A DNA stretch of 63,932 bases, the filler included, from Lama guanicoe (lineage: Eukaryota): assembly GCA_013239625.1 (NCBI GenBank). It is 77 parts of 77 records of this genome, joined end to end, with 100 filler letters (N's around TTAATTAATTAA, not from the genome) between each part and the next. Parts side by side here need not be neighbours in the genome. Positions count along the whole stretch, not along the records: positions 1 to 446 come from PNXV01025390.1; positions 547 to 1,050 come from PNXV01025392.1; positions 1,151 to 1,603 come from PNXV01025393.1; positions 1,704 to 2,734 come from MU057137.1; positions 2,835 to 3,386 come from PNXV01025396.1; positions 3,487 to 4,214 come from PNXV01025397.1; positions 4,315 to 5,040 come from PNXV01025401.1; positions 5,141 to 5,900 come from MU057139.1; 69 more parts are not named here. One strand, given 5' to 3'. Below the pieces are notes generated by a model. That model had not been told where the DNA came from, searched no databases, and saw only the letters and a list, made by a program, of their open reading frames with translations. Positions 1 through 10,925 of this stretch are shown in pieces. The translations under genes were made by a program, and so were the position numbers. Numbering within the stretch: the first letter of the stretch is position 1; every line of letters starts with the position of its first letter.

Positions 1-446
1 GTACAGTTACAATGATTTATATCCAAGAATATTATGCCTCAAATTCTTCCATTAGAAAAAGAAGAAGAAAAAAAACCCCTGTAAACCAATGAGTTAAGCA
101 TTTATTCAAAAAATTAGAAGAGAGAGTGAAATAAAATTATATATAAAGTGACTTCTATTCTCGTCTATGATGGAAAGATTATATAACATTAATCCTACTA
201 CTGATAATAATTATTCAAGAATAATTATACTGGGTAAAAATTAAAAAAAAACTGCTTGAAGTCATCAGAGATCAGCTAAGGTAGACAGGATGTGAGCATC
301 CAAGATCTTAAAGGGAAGATAAGCCCATTGAGGGCAACATCACATTAGCTTCCATTTCTTTCCCCAAGGGGATTTGCTAATTTGTGGAAAAAGGAAAAGC
401 AGTAGAAAGCAGCAGCTTGTGGTTTCTGATAGTCTCACTGAACTGG

Positions 447-546
447 NNNNNNNNNNNNNNNNNNNNNNNNNNNNNNNNNNNNNNNNNNNNTTAATTAATT
501 AANNNNNNNNNNNNNNNNNNNNNNNNNNNNNNNNNNNNNNNNNNNN
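447..546. other. Synthetic assembly spacer (44 N + TTAATTAATTAA + 44 N); first of about 76 copies separating unrelated contigs, last at 63557-63656
   Basis: Exactly 100 bp each time; the palindromic 12-mer gives TAA in all six frames; sequence on either side is unrelated. Confidence 0.99.
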
Positions 547-783
547 GTGATATGATATGGCATTTTTCTTTCTCTTTCTGGTTTACTTCATGTAGGATGA
601 TGATCTCCGGGTCCATTCATGTTGCTGCCAATGGCATTATTTTATTACTTTTTATGGCTGAGTAGTATTCCATTGTATAAACATACCACAACTTCTTTAT
701 CCAGTCATCTGTTGATGGAAATTTTAGATTCTTCCATGTCTTGGATATTGTATATAGCACTGCTATGAACATTGGGGTGCATT
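547..783 (-). mobile_element. LINE-1 fragment, ORF2 C-terminus and start of 3' UTR
   Basis: Minus ORF 617-802 gives CTPMFIAVLYTISKTWK..PSTDDWIKKLWYVYTMEYYSAIK, the typical L1 ORF2 end. Confidence 0.95.
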
Positions 784-1150
784 TTATAATAACATGTATC
801 AAATTTTCTTTTCTTGCTCTTTTGATTGAGCCAAAATGAATGGATTATTTATTCCCCAAGTGCACACATGCTCACCAGATTTGACAGGTCAAAAAAAACA
901 AACAAATGAAAAAAGCAGTTACAAAATAGGAAAAGAGAGTTTGGTGAACACACTGGACAGTTATGACACGTGAAAAAACAAAGACTTAATCTGGATTCAG
1001 GCTATCTTCAGATAATAATTTTCAAATATATTCCTTTTCAAAAAAGTATTNNNNNNNNNNNNNNNNNNNNNNNNNNNNNNNNNNNNNNNNNNNNTTAATT
1101 AATTAANNNNNNNNNNNNNNNNNNNNNNNNNNNNNNNNNNNNNNNNNNNN

Positions 1151-1352
1151 TCTTGGGCCTTCTTCTCGGCAAGAGCAACCTGAAAAAGTCAACACATCAA
1201 GAAACACCTCATGGTGAGGGGTTCTCAGGGCCAAAGTAACCGTCTGCATCAGGTTCTCAGGACTCGGTGTGTCAGGAGGAAGGCAGGTTACCTGGTGTCT
1301 CCAAGTGATCTCTGCTTCCCGCATTTGAACGTGACATTCTTCAAGCTTTATC
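1151..1352 (-). CDS. Two exons (1292-1352, 61 bp; 1151-1179, truncated) of a divergent MIA3/TANGO1-like (CTAGE-related) coiled-coil gene
   Basis: ctcatag|61-bp exon|gtaacc, 112-bp intron, ctttttcag|exon. Spliced peptide IKLEECHVQMREAEITWRHQ|VALAEKKAQ aligns without gaps to recalled MIA3 [29 protein letters not shown] with the same exon size and phase. Confidence 0.7.
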
Positions 1353-1703
1353 CTATGAGTTACAAATTGTTCCATCAGAGAAGACACAATGCTGGGTATG
1401 CTGTTAAGTAACCTGCCCCAGTCCACGTTATCTGCACTGCACACTCACACATCATCTCACCGCTCAAGACACACTGCACACGGCTGCAGAAGCACAGCAG
1501 GTGCAAAGCTGTCGCTGCAGCCACTCCTTCCGTCACCGTTACTGAACGCCTGCTGGGTTCTGAGCTGACACAATTCCTCCTCCCGTTCTCAGCATTTCCC
1601 TCANNNNNNNNNNNNNNNNNNNNNNNNNNNNNNNNNNNNNNNNNNNNTTAATTAATTAANNNNNNNNNNNNNNNNNNNNNNNNNNNNNNNNNNNNNNNNN
1701 NNN

Positions 1704-2734
1704 TATTTCTCGGACTTCCTCCTAAGAGGGAACACCTGTGACTGAACAGGCTCCGTGGAGTTGTCTCACGAGCTCCCCCACGCACTGAATATTGTTCCGG
1801 AATCCTGAGCGTGGGAAGGTTCCATCAACGATCGGCAGCGCGTGGGTTCTAATGTAATGCCTAACTAAGTCTTCCCTGAGTGTTTGGTTAATGTCTGGCT
1901 GCCAGGGAATGCTGGGGTTTGCAGTGGAATGCCCAGTGCCAGCGGCTGACTCCCAAGTTCAGGGAAGCTATTTCTCGGACTTCCCCCTAACAGGGAACAC
2001 CTGTGAGTGAAGAGAGCTGCGTGGAGATGTCTCTCGAGATCCCCCACGCACTGATTATGATTCCGGAATCCTGAGCGTGGGGAGGTTCCACCAACGGTCG
2101 GCAGCGCGTACGTTCAAACGGAATGCCTATGCTCGCCAGCCCTGACGGTTTTCCTAATGCCTCTCTGCCAAGGAAAGTTAGCGGGGGTTTCAGGAATTCC
2201 CAGTGATAGAGGCTGCCTCCCCAAGTTCAGGGAAGATATTCCGCGGACTTCCCCCTAAGAGGGAACACCTGTGACTGAACAGAGCTGCGTGGAGTTGTCT
2301 CACAAGCTCCCCCACGCACTGATTATGGTTCCGGAATCCTGAGCGTCGGGAGGTTCCACCAATGGTCTGCAGCGCGTNNNNNNNNNNNNNNNNNNNNNNN
2401 NNNNNNNNNNNNNNNNNNNNNNNNNNNNNNNNNNNNNNNNNNNNNNNNNNNNNNNNNNNNNNNNNNNNNNNNNNNNNNNNNNNGCCCCCCTAAGTTCAGG
2501 GAAGATATTTCTGGGACTTCCCCCGAACCGGGAACACCTGTGACTGAAGAGAGCTGCGTGGCGTTGTCTCTCGAGCTCACTCATGCACTGATTATGGTTG
2601 CGGAATCCTGAGCATGGGAAGGTTCCACCAACAGTCGTCAGCACGTGGGTCCTAAAGGAGTGCCTAAGTTCTTCTGCCCTGAAGTTTTTCCTAATGTCTC
2701 TCTGACAGGGAATGTTAGTGGGGGTTTCAGGAAT
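1704..2734 (+). repeat. 267-bp GC-rich satellite array fragment
   Basis: AACACCTGTG recurs at 1731, 1996, 2264 (265-268 bp period); same monomer in four other contigs. Confidence 0.97.
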
Positions 2735-3120
2735 NNNNNNNNNNNNNNNNNNNNNNNNNNNNNNNNNNNNNNNNNNNNTTAATTAATTAANNNNNNNNNN
2801 NNNNNNNNNNNNNNNNNNNNNNNNNNNNNNNNNNACCTTGCACTAAAGAAAAGCTGAATATTGGATGGCAGGCTCACAAGGCAATATACCATGTTCAACG
2901 ATTACTAACCCCAAGATTAAAAAACTAACCTATTACAGTTCCTGTCCCTTACCAAAAGCATACATTTTAATTTTTCTGTGAAAATAAAGCAGTTTTAAGA
3001 TTTGTCTAGTAGATCTATTTCACAAGTTAAAAGATAAAGAATAATAGTATGTTCGCATAAATGAGACCTTCTGTTCTAATTAAGTACTTGCTTTTCGTAT
3101 AACATATAAAATTCAATTAA

Positions 3121-3225
3121 ATCCATATTTATTAAGTGCCTTCAGTGCCAGGCATCATCATGAGCCCTGTAATTATAAAGAGGAAAGAAACATGCCCCCT
3201 GCCTACAATAAGCTCTCCACAGAGC
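3121..3225. mobile_element. Degenerate L2 3'-end fragment
   Basis: ATATTTATTAAGTGCC..GTGCCAGGCA..CATGCCCCCTGCC motif typical of L2 ends. Confidence 0.5.
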
Positions 3226-3486
3226 TGATAAATTAAAAATACTGTGTTTATGTATTTTTAACTAGTGTGTATCTTATTGGTTAGGAGAGTCTAACTTAAA
3301 ATAAATGCTTCTATTTTGGGAGACAGGGTTATAGCTGAAAGCATTCGTCTCTGCTTTTTCTGAGTATTTGCCCTCTCTTCTACTCTNNNNNNNNNNNNNN
3401 NNNNNNNNNNNNNNNNNNNNNNNNNNNNNNTTAATTAATTAANNNNNNNNNNNNNNNNNNNNNNNNNNNNNNNNNNNNNNNNNNNN

Positions 3487-4214
3487 AGGAGTGGGATTGC
3501 TGGACATAGGATAAATCTATTTTCAGCTTTTTAAGTAATCTCCATACTGTTTTCCATAACAACTGCATCAAGCTACATTCCCACCAACAGGGTAGGAGGG
3601 TCCCCCTTTCTCCACACCCTCTCCAGCATTTCTCATTTGTGGATTTTTTTAATGATAACCATTCTGACCTGTGTGAGGTGATGCCTCACGGTAGTTTTGA
3701 TTTGCATTTCTCTGATAATTAGTGATACTGAGCATTTTTTCATGTGCTTGTTGGCCATTTGTATGTCTTCACTGCAGAAATGTCTATTTAGATCTTCTGC
3801 TGAATTTTGATTGTGTTGTTTGTCTCTTGGTTGTTGAGTTGTATGAGCTCTTTGTATATTCTGGAAATTAAGGCCTTGTCAATCACATCATTTGTAAATA
3901 TTTTCTTCCATTCTGTAAATTGTATTTTCATTTTGTTTATGGTCTCCTTTGCTGTGCAGAGGCTTATAAATTTAGTCTTGTCTCTTGTTCAGTCTTTAAG
4001 CCATTTTGAGTTTTTTGTGTGTGTGTATGGTGTGAAAGAGTGTTCTAGTTTTATTTATTTGCAGGCAGCTGTTCTGCCTGTGTTTTCCTCTAGCAATTTT
4101 ATAGTGTCCGGTCTTTCTTACATTTAGGTCTTTAACGCACTTAGAGTGTTTGTATATGGCATTAGAGAATGTTCTAATTTCATTCTTTTATAGGTAGCTG
4201 TCTGGTTTTCCCAG
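3487..4214 (-). mobile_element. LINE-1 ORF2 3' region, degraded, with an internal duplication
   Basis: TACATTCCCACCAACAG..CCCTTTCTCCACACCCTCTCCAGCATT..GTAGTTTTGATTTGCATTTCTCTGATAATTAG are antisense L1 ORF2 landmarks. Confidence 0.95.
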
Positions 4215-4314
4215 NNNNNNNNNNNNNNNNNNNNNNNNNNNNNNNNNNNNNNNNNNNNTTAATTAATTAANNNNNNNNNNNNNNNNNNNNNNNNNNNNNN
4301 NNNNNNNNNNNNNN

Positions 4315-4640
4315 GGTCAAAAGGTTCAAACTCCCAGCTATAATATAGGTACTAGGGATACCATGGGTACCACATGATAAATATAATTACAGTTAACACT
4401 ATAGTATATTACATATGAAAGCTCTTAAGAGATTAAATCCTAAGAGTTCTCATCATAAGGGAAAATATTTTTTTCTATTTCTTTAATTTTGTATCTATAT
4501 GAGATGATTTATGTTCACTAAGCATAACGTGATCATAGTTTCAAGATGGTTGTAAGTCAAATCACTGTGCTGTACGTCTTAAACTTCGATAGTGCTGCAT
4601 GTCAATTTTATCTCAAAGAAACTAGAGAAAAAAAAATAAA
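4315..4640 (+). mobile_element. LINE-1 3' UTR (L1MA-like) ending in an A-rich tail
   Basis: AAGGTTCAAACTCCCAGCTATAA..TCCTAAGAGTTCTCATCA..CATGTCAATTTTATCTCAAAG followed by A-tail. Confidence 0.8.
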
Positions 4641-7290
4641 AGATAATCTCTTCTTACCACATACTCAGGTTGTGTGAATTCACCAGAGGAACTTTTATCT
4701 ATTTGGCAACCTGACTGGTCTTCAAAAATATGGTTCTTGCTTAGATTCACTCCCATCTTTAGGGAAGCACAGAGACTATTAGATTTGATAAACCCATGTT
4801 CACCACATGTTCACCTGAAAACTGTTCTTTTTTTCATTTTTTTTTTATTTTTCCCTATAGTTTTAATTGTGAAAAAAATTTAAACACATTTCATTCAGCA
4901 TTTTTGTGTTTGGAAGAGCTGTGGGGGTGTGTTCCTGGCTTCCACTTTCTAGTGACTGCTTCCAAATCCTTCCTCTGAGCCAACCAACCCGTGTCCACAT
5001 GACAATCCTTTGATTATAATGTAAAGGGGAGACTTTCTATNNNNNNNNNNNNNNNNNNNNNNNNNNNNNNNNNNNNNNNNNNNNTTAATTAATTAANNNN
5101 NNNNNNNNNNNNNNNNNNNNNNNNNNNNNNNNNNNNNNNNTCTTGGATACCAGATGAGGTCTATTTTTCTTCTCTGCTATTTCAGAGGTGTCTCTAATCA
5201 ACACTACAACCAAAACAGTGAACCATGTGGCCACAGTTGCCACCTACTGAGAGCATCACTAATACCCCTGTAGCAATGACCAAAGAGTGTTAACCTCTGG
5301 TCCCAGTGCCTAACATTGAACACAATCACAGGGTCACAGCTGGTATGCCTGACACTGCCAACTACCACTGTAATCACTGCATCCATCATTGCTAATCTCN
5401 NNNNNNNNNNNNNNNNNNNNNNNNNNNNNNNNCCCAGTAATAAACGTGCCTTGCTCTCAGTGTCTCAGGACTGTTGTAGAGCAGCATTTATTTAGCTTCT
5501 GTTTGTCCCTTCATCAACACCTTCTCGCTCTAGTATTCAGTTTTGAGTTCAGTGATGCTGGTGCTAAGGACAATGTCCCATTCTCACAAATATCAATCTA
5601 TTCCAAGTGTTCATTTTCTATCACTTACTTTTGCACACTCTTTTTTTTTTTTGATTGGGGGGCACTGGAGATGATCACTTTGTGATACAAATGAGTTTGT
5701 TTCTAGACTAAATCATTCTTATCAGGATTTTCCTAGCATGGGCACAAAATGGGGCCTTGACATACTAATATCTTTTGCAAAACCATATGGTGGCAAGGCT
5801 AGACATCTCATATATAATTTAAGGGAAAGGGGGAGGGATCAGATATACTTTCTGTATACAAATATAAAATATCACTACATTAAATTATAAAAGCTACCCA
5901 NNNNNNNNNNNNNNNNNNNNNNNNNNNNNNNNNNNNNNNNNNNNTTAATTAATTAANNNNNNNNNNNNNNNNNNNNNNNNNNNNNNNNNNNNNNNNNNNN
6001 CAAGCCCTAATCCCCTTTCTCTCTCTCTGTCTTTACCTATCCTGGAGGTCCCCATCAATGAAATCATATAAATGGTGGCTTTTTTGTTTTTGTTTTTGTT
6101 TTTCTGTCTGCCCATATATCTTAAGCAAGGATGGGTGAATTTTTTTGTTTTTACATGAATTAGCATTTTTGTATTTTGAGAGGAATATCCAGATGGATTA
6201 AAGTTGAGACGTACTAAATGAAGCCCTTTTAGTAACTATGTGCATAATCTCATAGTAGGCACTGCTGTTCTAAGTGTGAAACCAGAGCCACAAGGGAGAT
6301 GTTTAGCTTTTCCAGTGGCAAAATAAAACCAAATAAAACCAGAAAACAAAGGCCAAGAAAGACAGCTGGAAAGACAAACCACAACCTGTAAAAGTGTTCC
6401 TCATGACTCAAGGTCAGAGAAAGGCTTCACATCCATGTGGTCCAAAAACCTCTTGAAACCCAATGTTCTGAAAAGTAACAAAACACACACAGTCAGTTCC
6501 AATGAGANNNNNNNNNNNNNNNNNNNNNNNNNNNNNNNNNNNNNNNNNNNNTTAATTAATTAANNNNNNNNNNNNNNNNNNNNNNNNNNNNNNNNNNNNN
6601 NNNNNNNTCAATAAAATTTTCCATTCCATCTGCCCTTTTTGTTTATTGTTCTTCAGCGTTTCATTTGCTTTCTTTCTCAAAAATATATGATTTTGGTTTT
6701 TGTCATTGAAAATCCTTGCTAGTTTTGCTACCTCATGCTGGAGAGCAAGGCTTGTGACTGTTTTATAGTCACTAGTTTCATGGTATGGAGACCTAATGAA
6801 GTGTGTACATAAAAGGCTTAGTCTACACTGAGTGCAGGGTTAGAGTTCACAGCCCATGTCATCAGTATCATAATTAATCCATTACAATCATCCCCTATTA
6901 ATCAGTGTTATCCTTCTAACGTCTCCAGGAGAGGAAATGTAGTAGTCTAAATGCAATTCTTTGCCAAACTTTGAGTCAATTCAAAACCTTTAAAGCTTTG
7001 CTGTCAATACGACTGTGTGCCTGCTATCCCTACTTCTGCTCCTCCTGACCCAGGACGCGNNNNNNNNNNNNNNNNNNNNNNNNNNNNNNNNNNNNNNNNN
7101 NNNTTAATTAATTAANNNNNNNNNNNNNNNNNNNNNNNNNNNNNNNNNNNNNNNNNNNNAGCAGGCAGAAGAGGAGCCCCTGGGCTGAGGGTGCAGTCTC
7201 AGGGCCCGCCATTCCCTCTCTGGGTCCCTGGGGACTAAGCCCTTCTCTGAAATCACAGAGCCCCTCAGGCCGCCCCCTGGGTGCTGGCTG

Positions 7291-7333
7291 GTTTGCATAC
7301 CCAGCAGCTCTCTCTCCAGCAAGGGGATAAGAG
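7291..7333 (+). promoter_or_regulatory. IGLV promoter: variant octamer GTTTGCAT (consensus ATTTGCAT) and TATA-like GATAAGAG
   Basis: About 100 bp and 65 bp upstream of the leader ATG at 7395, canonical Ig light-chain V spacing. Confidence 0.75.
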
Positions 7334-7394
7334 AGGCCTGGGGGGACACCTGCCCAGCCTCGCCCTCAGGAAGCAGAATCGGGGCACCTCCACC

Positions 7395-8108
7395 ATGGCC
7401 TGGATGCCCCTCCTCCACAGCCTGCTGAGTAACTGGACAGGTGCTGCCCCCAGGATCACATCCACACGTGCCTAGGGCTGGGGACAAGCCTGGCTCTGAC
7501 TAGGCTCAGAAGGGTGCTGCCAGTGGGGGCAGGGGGCTGGTGGTCTGCTGCAGGACGAGGGGCTGGAGGGGATGACATCCCACACTGTGCTCAGAGCTGT
7601 GTGAGACCTGAGGGGCTGCACCTGCCAGAGGAAGGGGGCAGGCTTCTCATTTGTTCAGGGGCTCCATCCACCAGCCAAGCCCGTAGGTCACTGGGGGTGA
7701 GACTGATGGGAGGGGCCTCTGGGGGCCCAGGGAATCCCTGNNNNNNNNNNNNNNNNNNNNNNNNNNNNNNNNNNNNNNNNNNNNNNNNNNNNNNNNNNNN
7801 NNNNNNNNNNNNNNNCTGTGGCCTCAACTGACTCAGTCACCCTCAGTGTCGGTGAACCCGGGATAGATGGCCAAGCTCACCTGTGGCAGGGACAGCATTG
7901 GAAATAAATATGCTTACTGGTACCAGCAGAAGCCAGGCCAGGCCCCTGTGCTGGTCATCTACAGAGATAGCGAACGGTCCTTGGGATCCCAGACCAGTAC
8001 ACACACTCCAACTTGGGGAACATGGCCACCCTGACCATCAGCGGGGCCCAGGCTGAGGCCGAGGCTGACTATTACTGTCAGTCATATGACAGCAGTGTTA
8101 ATGCTCAC
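7395..8108 (+). pseudogene. IGLV: Immunoglobulin lambda variable gene segment (IGLV3-like), pseudogene
   Basis: 46-bp leader exon MAWMPLLHSLLSNWT|gt; V exon [78 protein letters not shown] then CAC (RSS heptamer start). TAG at 7864-7866, 1-bp deletion near 7984, short FR1 start. Confidence 0.95.
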
Positions 8109-9004
8109 NNNNNNNNNNNNNNNNNNNNNNNNNNNNNNNNNNNNNNNNNNNNTTAATTAATTAANNNNNNNNNNNNNNNNNNNNNNNNNNNNNNNNNNNN
8201 NNNNNNNNCAGGCATTATTTTAAAAATAGGCTAATGCAGTATTTCAACGACGCTATGGAATCAAACCCATACATTTATGTTGTTCTCTATGTATATTATA
8301 TGTAATATATGTATATATGTGTGTATATATGCATATATATGCTTCTCTATAAAATATAGTGTTCCTTTTGTGTGTTTCTAAAGGAAAGCATAGAGAAGAT
8401 GCCACACACAAAAGGGAGCAAGGAACAAAACAGCTGAGAGTACATTTTGTTATGATGAGAAAGTGAAATTGCTCTACACAGAGAGGTGATGACTGAAAAA
8501 TGACTGAAATGTCTTAACAATGGATGGTTTGGACATATGAAGAAATTATTATATTCATCAATATTTACTGGTGAGGGCTGAAAAAGATGACGTTTGGAGA
8601 ATGATTTTAGGAAAGAAAAGGAACTGATGCACTTTAAACTTGCAAATATGTGATACAGTAGAAATGTGAGAAAGACTGTGTTAAGAAGTAAAAACATCTT
8701 TCTATGTAACTAGGTACGCTTCANNNNNNNNNNNNNNNNNNNNNNNNNNNNNNNNNNNNNNNNNNNNTTAATTAATTAANNNNNNNNNNNNNNNNNNNNN
8801 NNNNNNNNNNNNNNNNNNNNNNNGTGGTAGACCCGGGACTATTTGACAGGGAAATAGGCAAGGAGGTTAAAAAGAGTTATCCAAAGTCATGGGACCAGAA
8901 AAAGCACAGCTGGAAGTCAAGGCGCCTTAATCTTTCTGTTTACTCTGGTATTCTGGGTTGCGAGGTGGGCGGGGTTGGGGAAGGGTGTGTTGTGCTTGGA
9001 GACT

Positions 9005-9225
9005 AATATTTACTGAGCACTGGAAACTCTGCTAGGCACTTTATGGATTCTGGCACAGATAACTCTCGACATAACTTTGTAAAATAGGTTTTATCATGAC
9101 TTAAAAAAAAAAAAAAGCGGAGAACACAAAAGCTAAGAAAGGTGAAAAATTCNNNNNNNNNNNNNNNNNNNNNNNNNTTGAACTGCAATTTAGACCTATT
9201 TGATTTCAAAGCCTCTGTGCTTCCT
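9005..9225. mobile_element. MIR SINE, degraded
   Basis: ATATTTACTGAGCAC..GCTAGGCACTTT..AAGCTAAGAAAGGTGAA..GATTTCAAAGCCTCTGTGCTT. Confidence 0.65.
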
Positions 9226-9604
9226 TGGGCACTGTATTGATATTTTAAAAACAAAAATGTAACTACTATTTAGTGAATGCCTATTCATTGTCAGGTGCTG
9301 TGGCTATTATAGTCACAGGTCTCACCTCATCTAATGACCTGTAATGTAAAGTTGGAAGAGATATATTTTATAAATGGTTAGCTTCAGAATGATCACATGA
9401 AGGACAGGGTACCTCTAGCTTAGAAGGGCAAGAGAGGTGTGAAGAGNNNNNNNNNNNNNNNNNNNNNNNNNNNNNNNNNNNNNNNNNNNNTTAATTAATT
9501 AANNNNNNNNNNNNNNNNNNNNNNNNNNNNNNNNNNNNNNNNNNNNGAACTAAATTAAGATTACACGTGGGCTGTGACACAGACAAGATAGAACACAAGT
9601 CTTA

Positions 9605-10072
9605 CTCCCTTTTAAACAGCTCTATTGAGGTGTAATTCCCATTCCACAAAATTCATCCATTTTGAATTACAGTTCAATGATTTTTAGTAAATTACCTGAG
9701 TGGTGGAACCATTATCATCATCCACTTTGAAACATTTTTATCAGTACAAAAAGATCTTTTCATGCTCAGTTATAGTTAATCCCTATTCCCATGCCTGGCC
9801 TCAGGCAAACACTGGTCTCTATGGGCTCCTTTCATGAACATCTCATATACATGAAATCATTCACTATGTGATTTCTTGTTGTCTGGCTTTTTCCTTAACG
9901 TAATGTTTTTGAAGTTCATTCATGCTGTAGCATGCATTGGTGTTTAAGTCCTTTTTATTCCTGCATAGTAGTTCATTGGTTAATATACTAAATTTCATTT
10001 CTCCATTCACCAGCTGATGGATTGTTCCCATTTTGTGGCTCTTAGGAAGTATAACCACAAAGTAGGCTCCCA
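9605..10072 (-). mobile_element. Ancient L1M 3' end
   Basis: CAGCTCTATTGAGGTGTAATT..CAGTTCAATGATTTTTAGTAAATT..TAATGTTTTTGAAGTTCATTCATGCTGTAGCATG. Confidence 0.85.
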
Positions 10073-10389
10073 TTATTACACTGAAAACATTTACTGAGCA
10101 TCACAAATGTAGGTGATGAGGCGGATTCCAAACACCATAGACTCCACACCAGACAGGGATGTGTCCTGATTCTTACCCAGCCACTTCCCAGATGTTTGAC
10201 CTCGAGATAATTAANNNNNNNNNNNNNNNNNNNNNNNNNNNNNNNNNNNNNNNNNNNNTTAATTAATTAANNNNNNNNNNNNNNNNNNNNNNNNNNNNNN
10301 NNNNNNNNNNNNNNCTCTGAGCAGCAAAAGAAAGGTCTGCCATGTATCTGTTTGCGCTGTATAGTATCTAGTACCACACTGAGCTGCTG

Positions 10390-10925
10390 TGGAGATGGCA
10401 AAGCATAACATTGCTAAGTTCTGAGCCTCTGTGCTGTGTTAGACCCTGTCTTACTTTTGATACACATCTGTAAGGTAGTGGTTATTTTTCCTTTATTTTT
10501 ATGGGTGAAAAACAACATTGGCTCATGTTAAATACACCATTGCCCAGGTCACAGGAAATGATTAGTAAAGATACTGGAGACCAGATTGGAGCCAGGGTTT
10601 TTCTGAATCCAAACATCATGTCAAGAAAGTTTGCAACTATACAAACTTGTGGGTATATTATCCTAAAAATGGGAGGCACATTCTTGGATTCTATTTCGTT
10701 TGTTTTGAAATAAGAGACTTATTAGAAAAGAATTGTTTTCACCAGTTAGGTTCCCTCTGATCAGAGTCTCGAGCAACTTTCAGAGGCTACTTTAATCCTG
10801 AACAAGTATTAACAATGTGCTAAGCTTCATGCTGAATGCTTTGCATCCGTTATCCCATCTGGTCCTCGTCCATGCGGAGGAGATGATTATAATCCCCAAT
10901 TTGCAGAAAGAGAAATTGATGATTA
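10390..10925. mobile_element. Two degraded MIR SINEs (about 10390-10620 and 10805-10925)
   Basis: TTTTATGGGTGAAAAACAA..TTGCCCAGGTCACAG..GGATTGGAGCCAGG and ATTATAATCCCCAATTTGCAGAAAGAGAAATTGA MIR core motifs. Confidence 0.65.

Noticed and set aside
491..502. Regularly recurring TTAATTAATTAA between unique 'spacers' as a CRISPR-like array or homeodomain site
   Set aside because: Always flanked by exactly 44 N on each side; synthetic assembly linker
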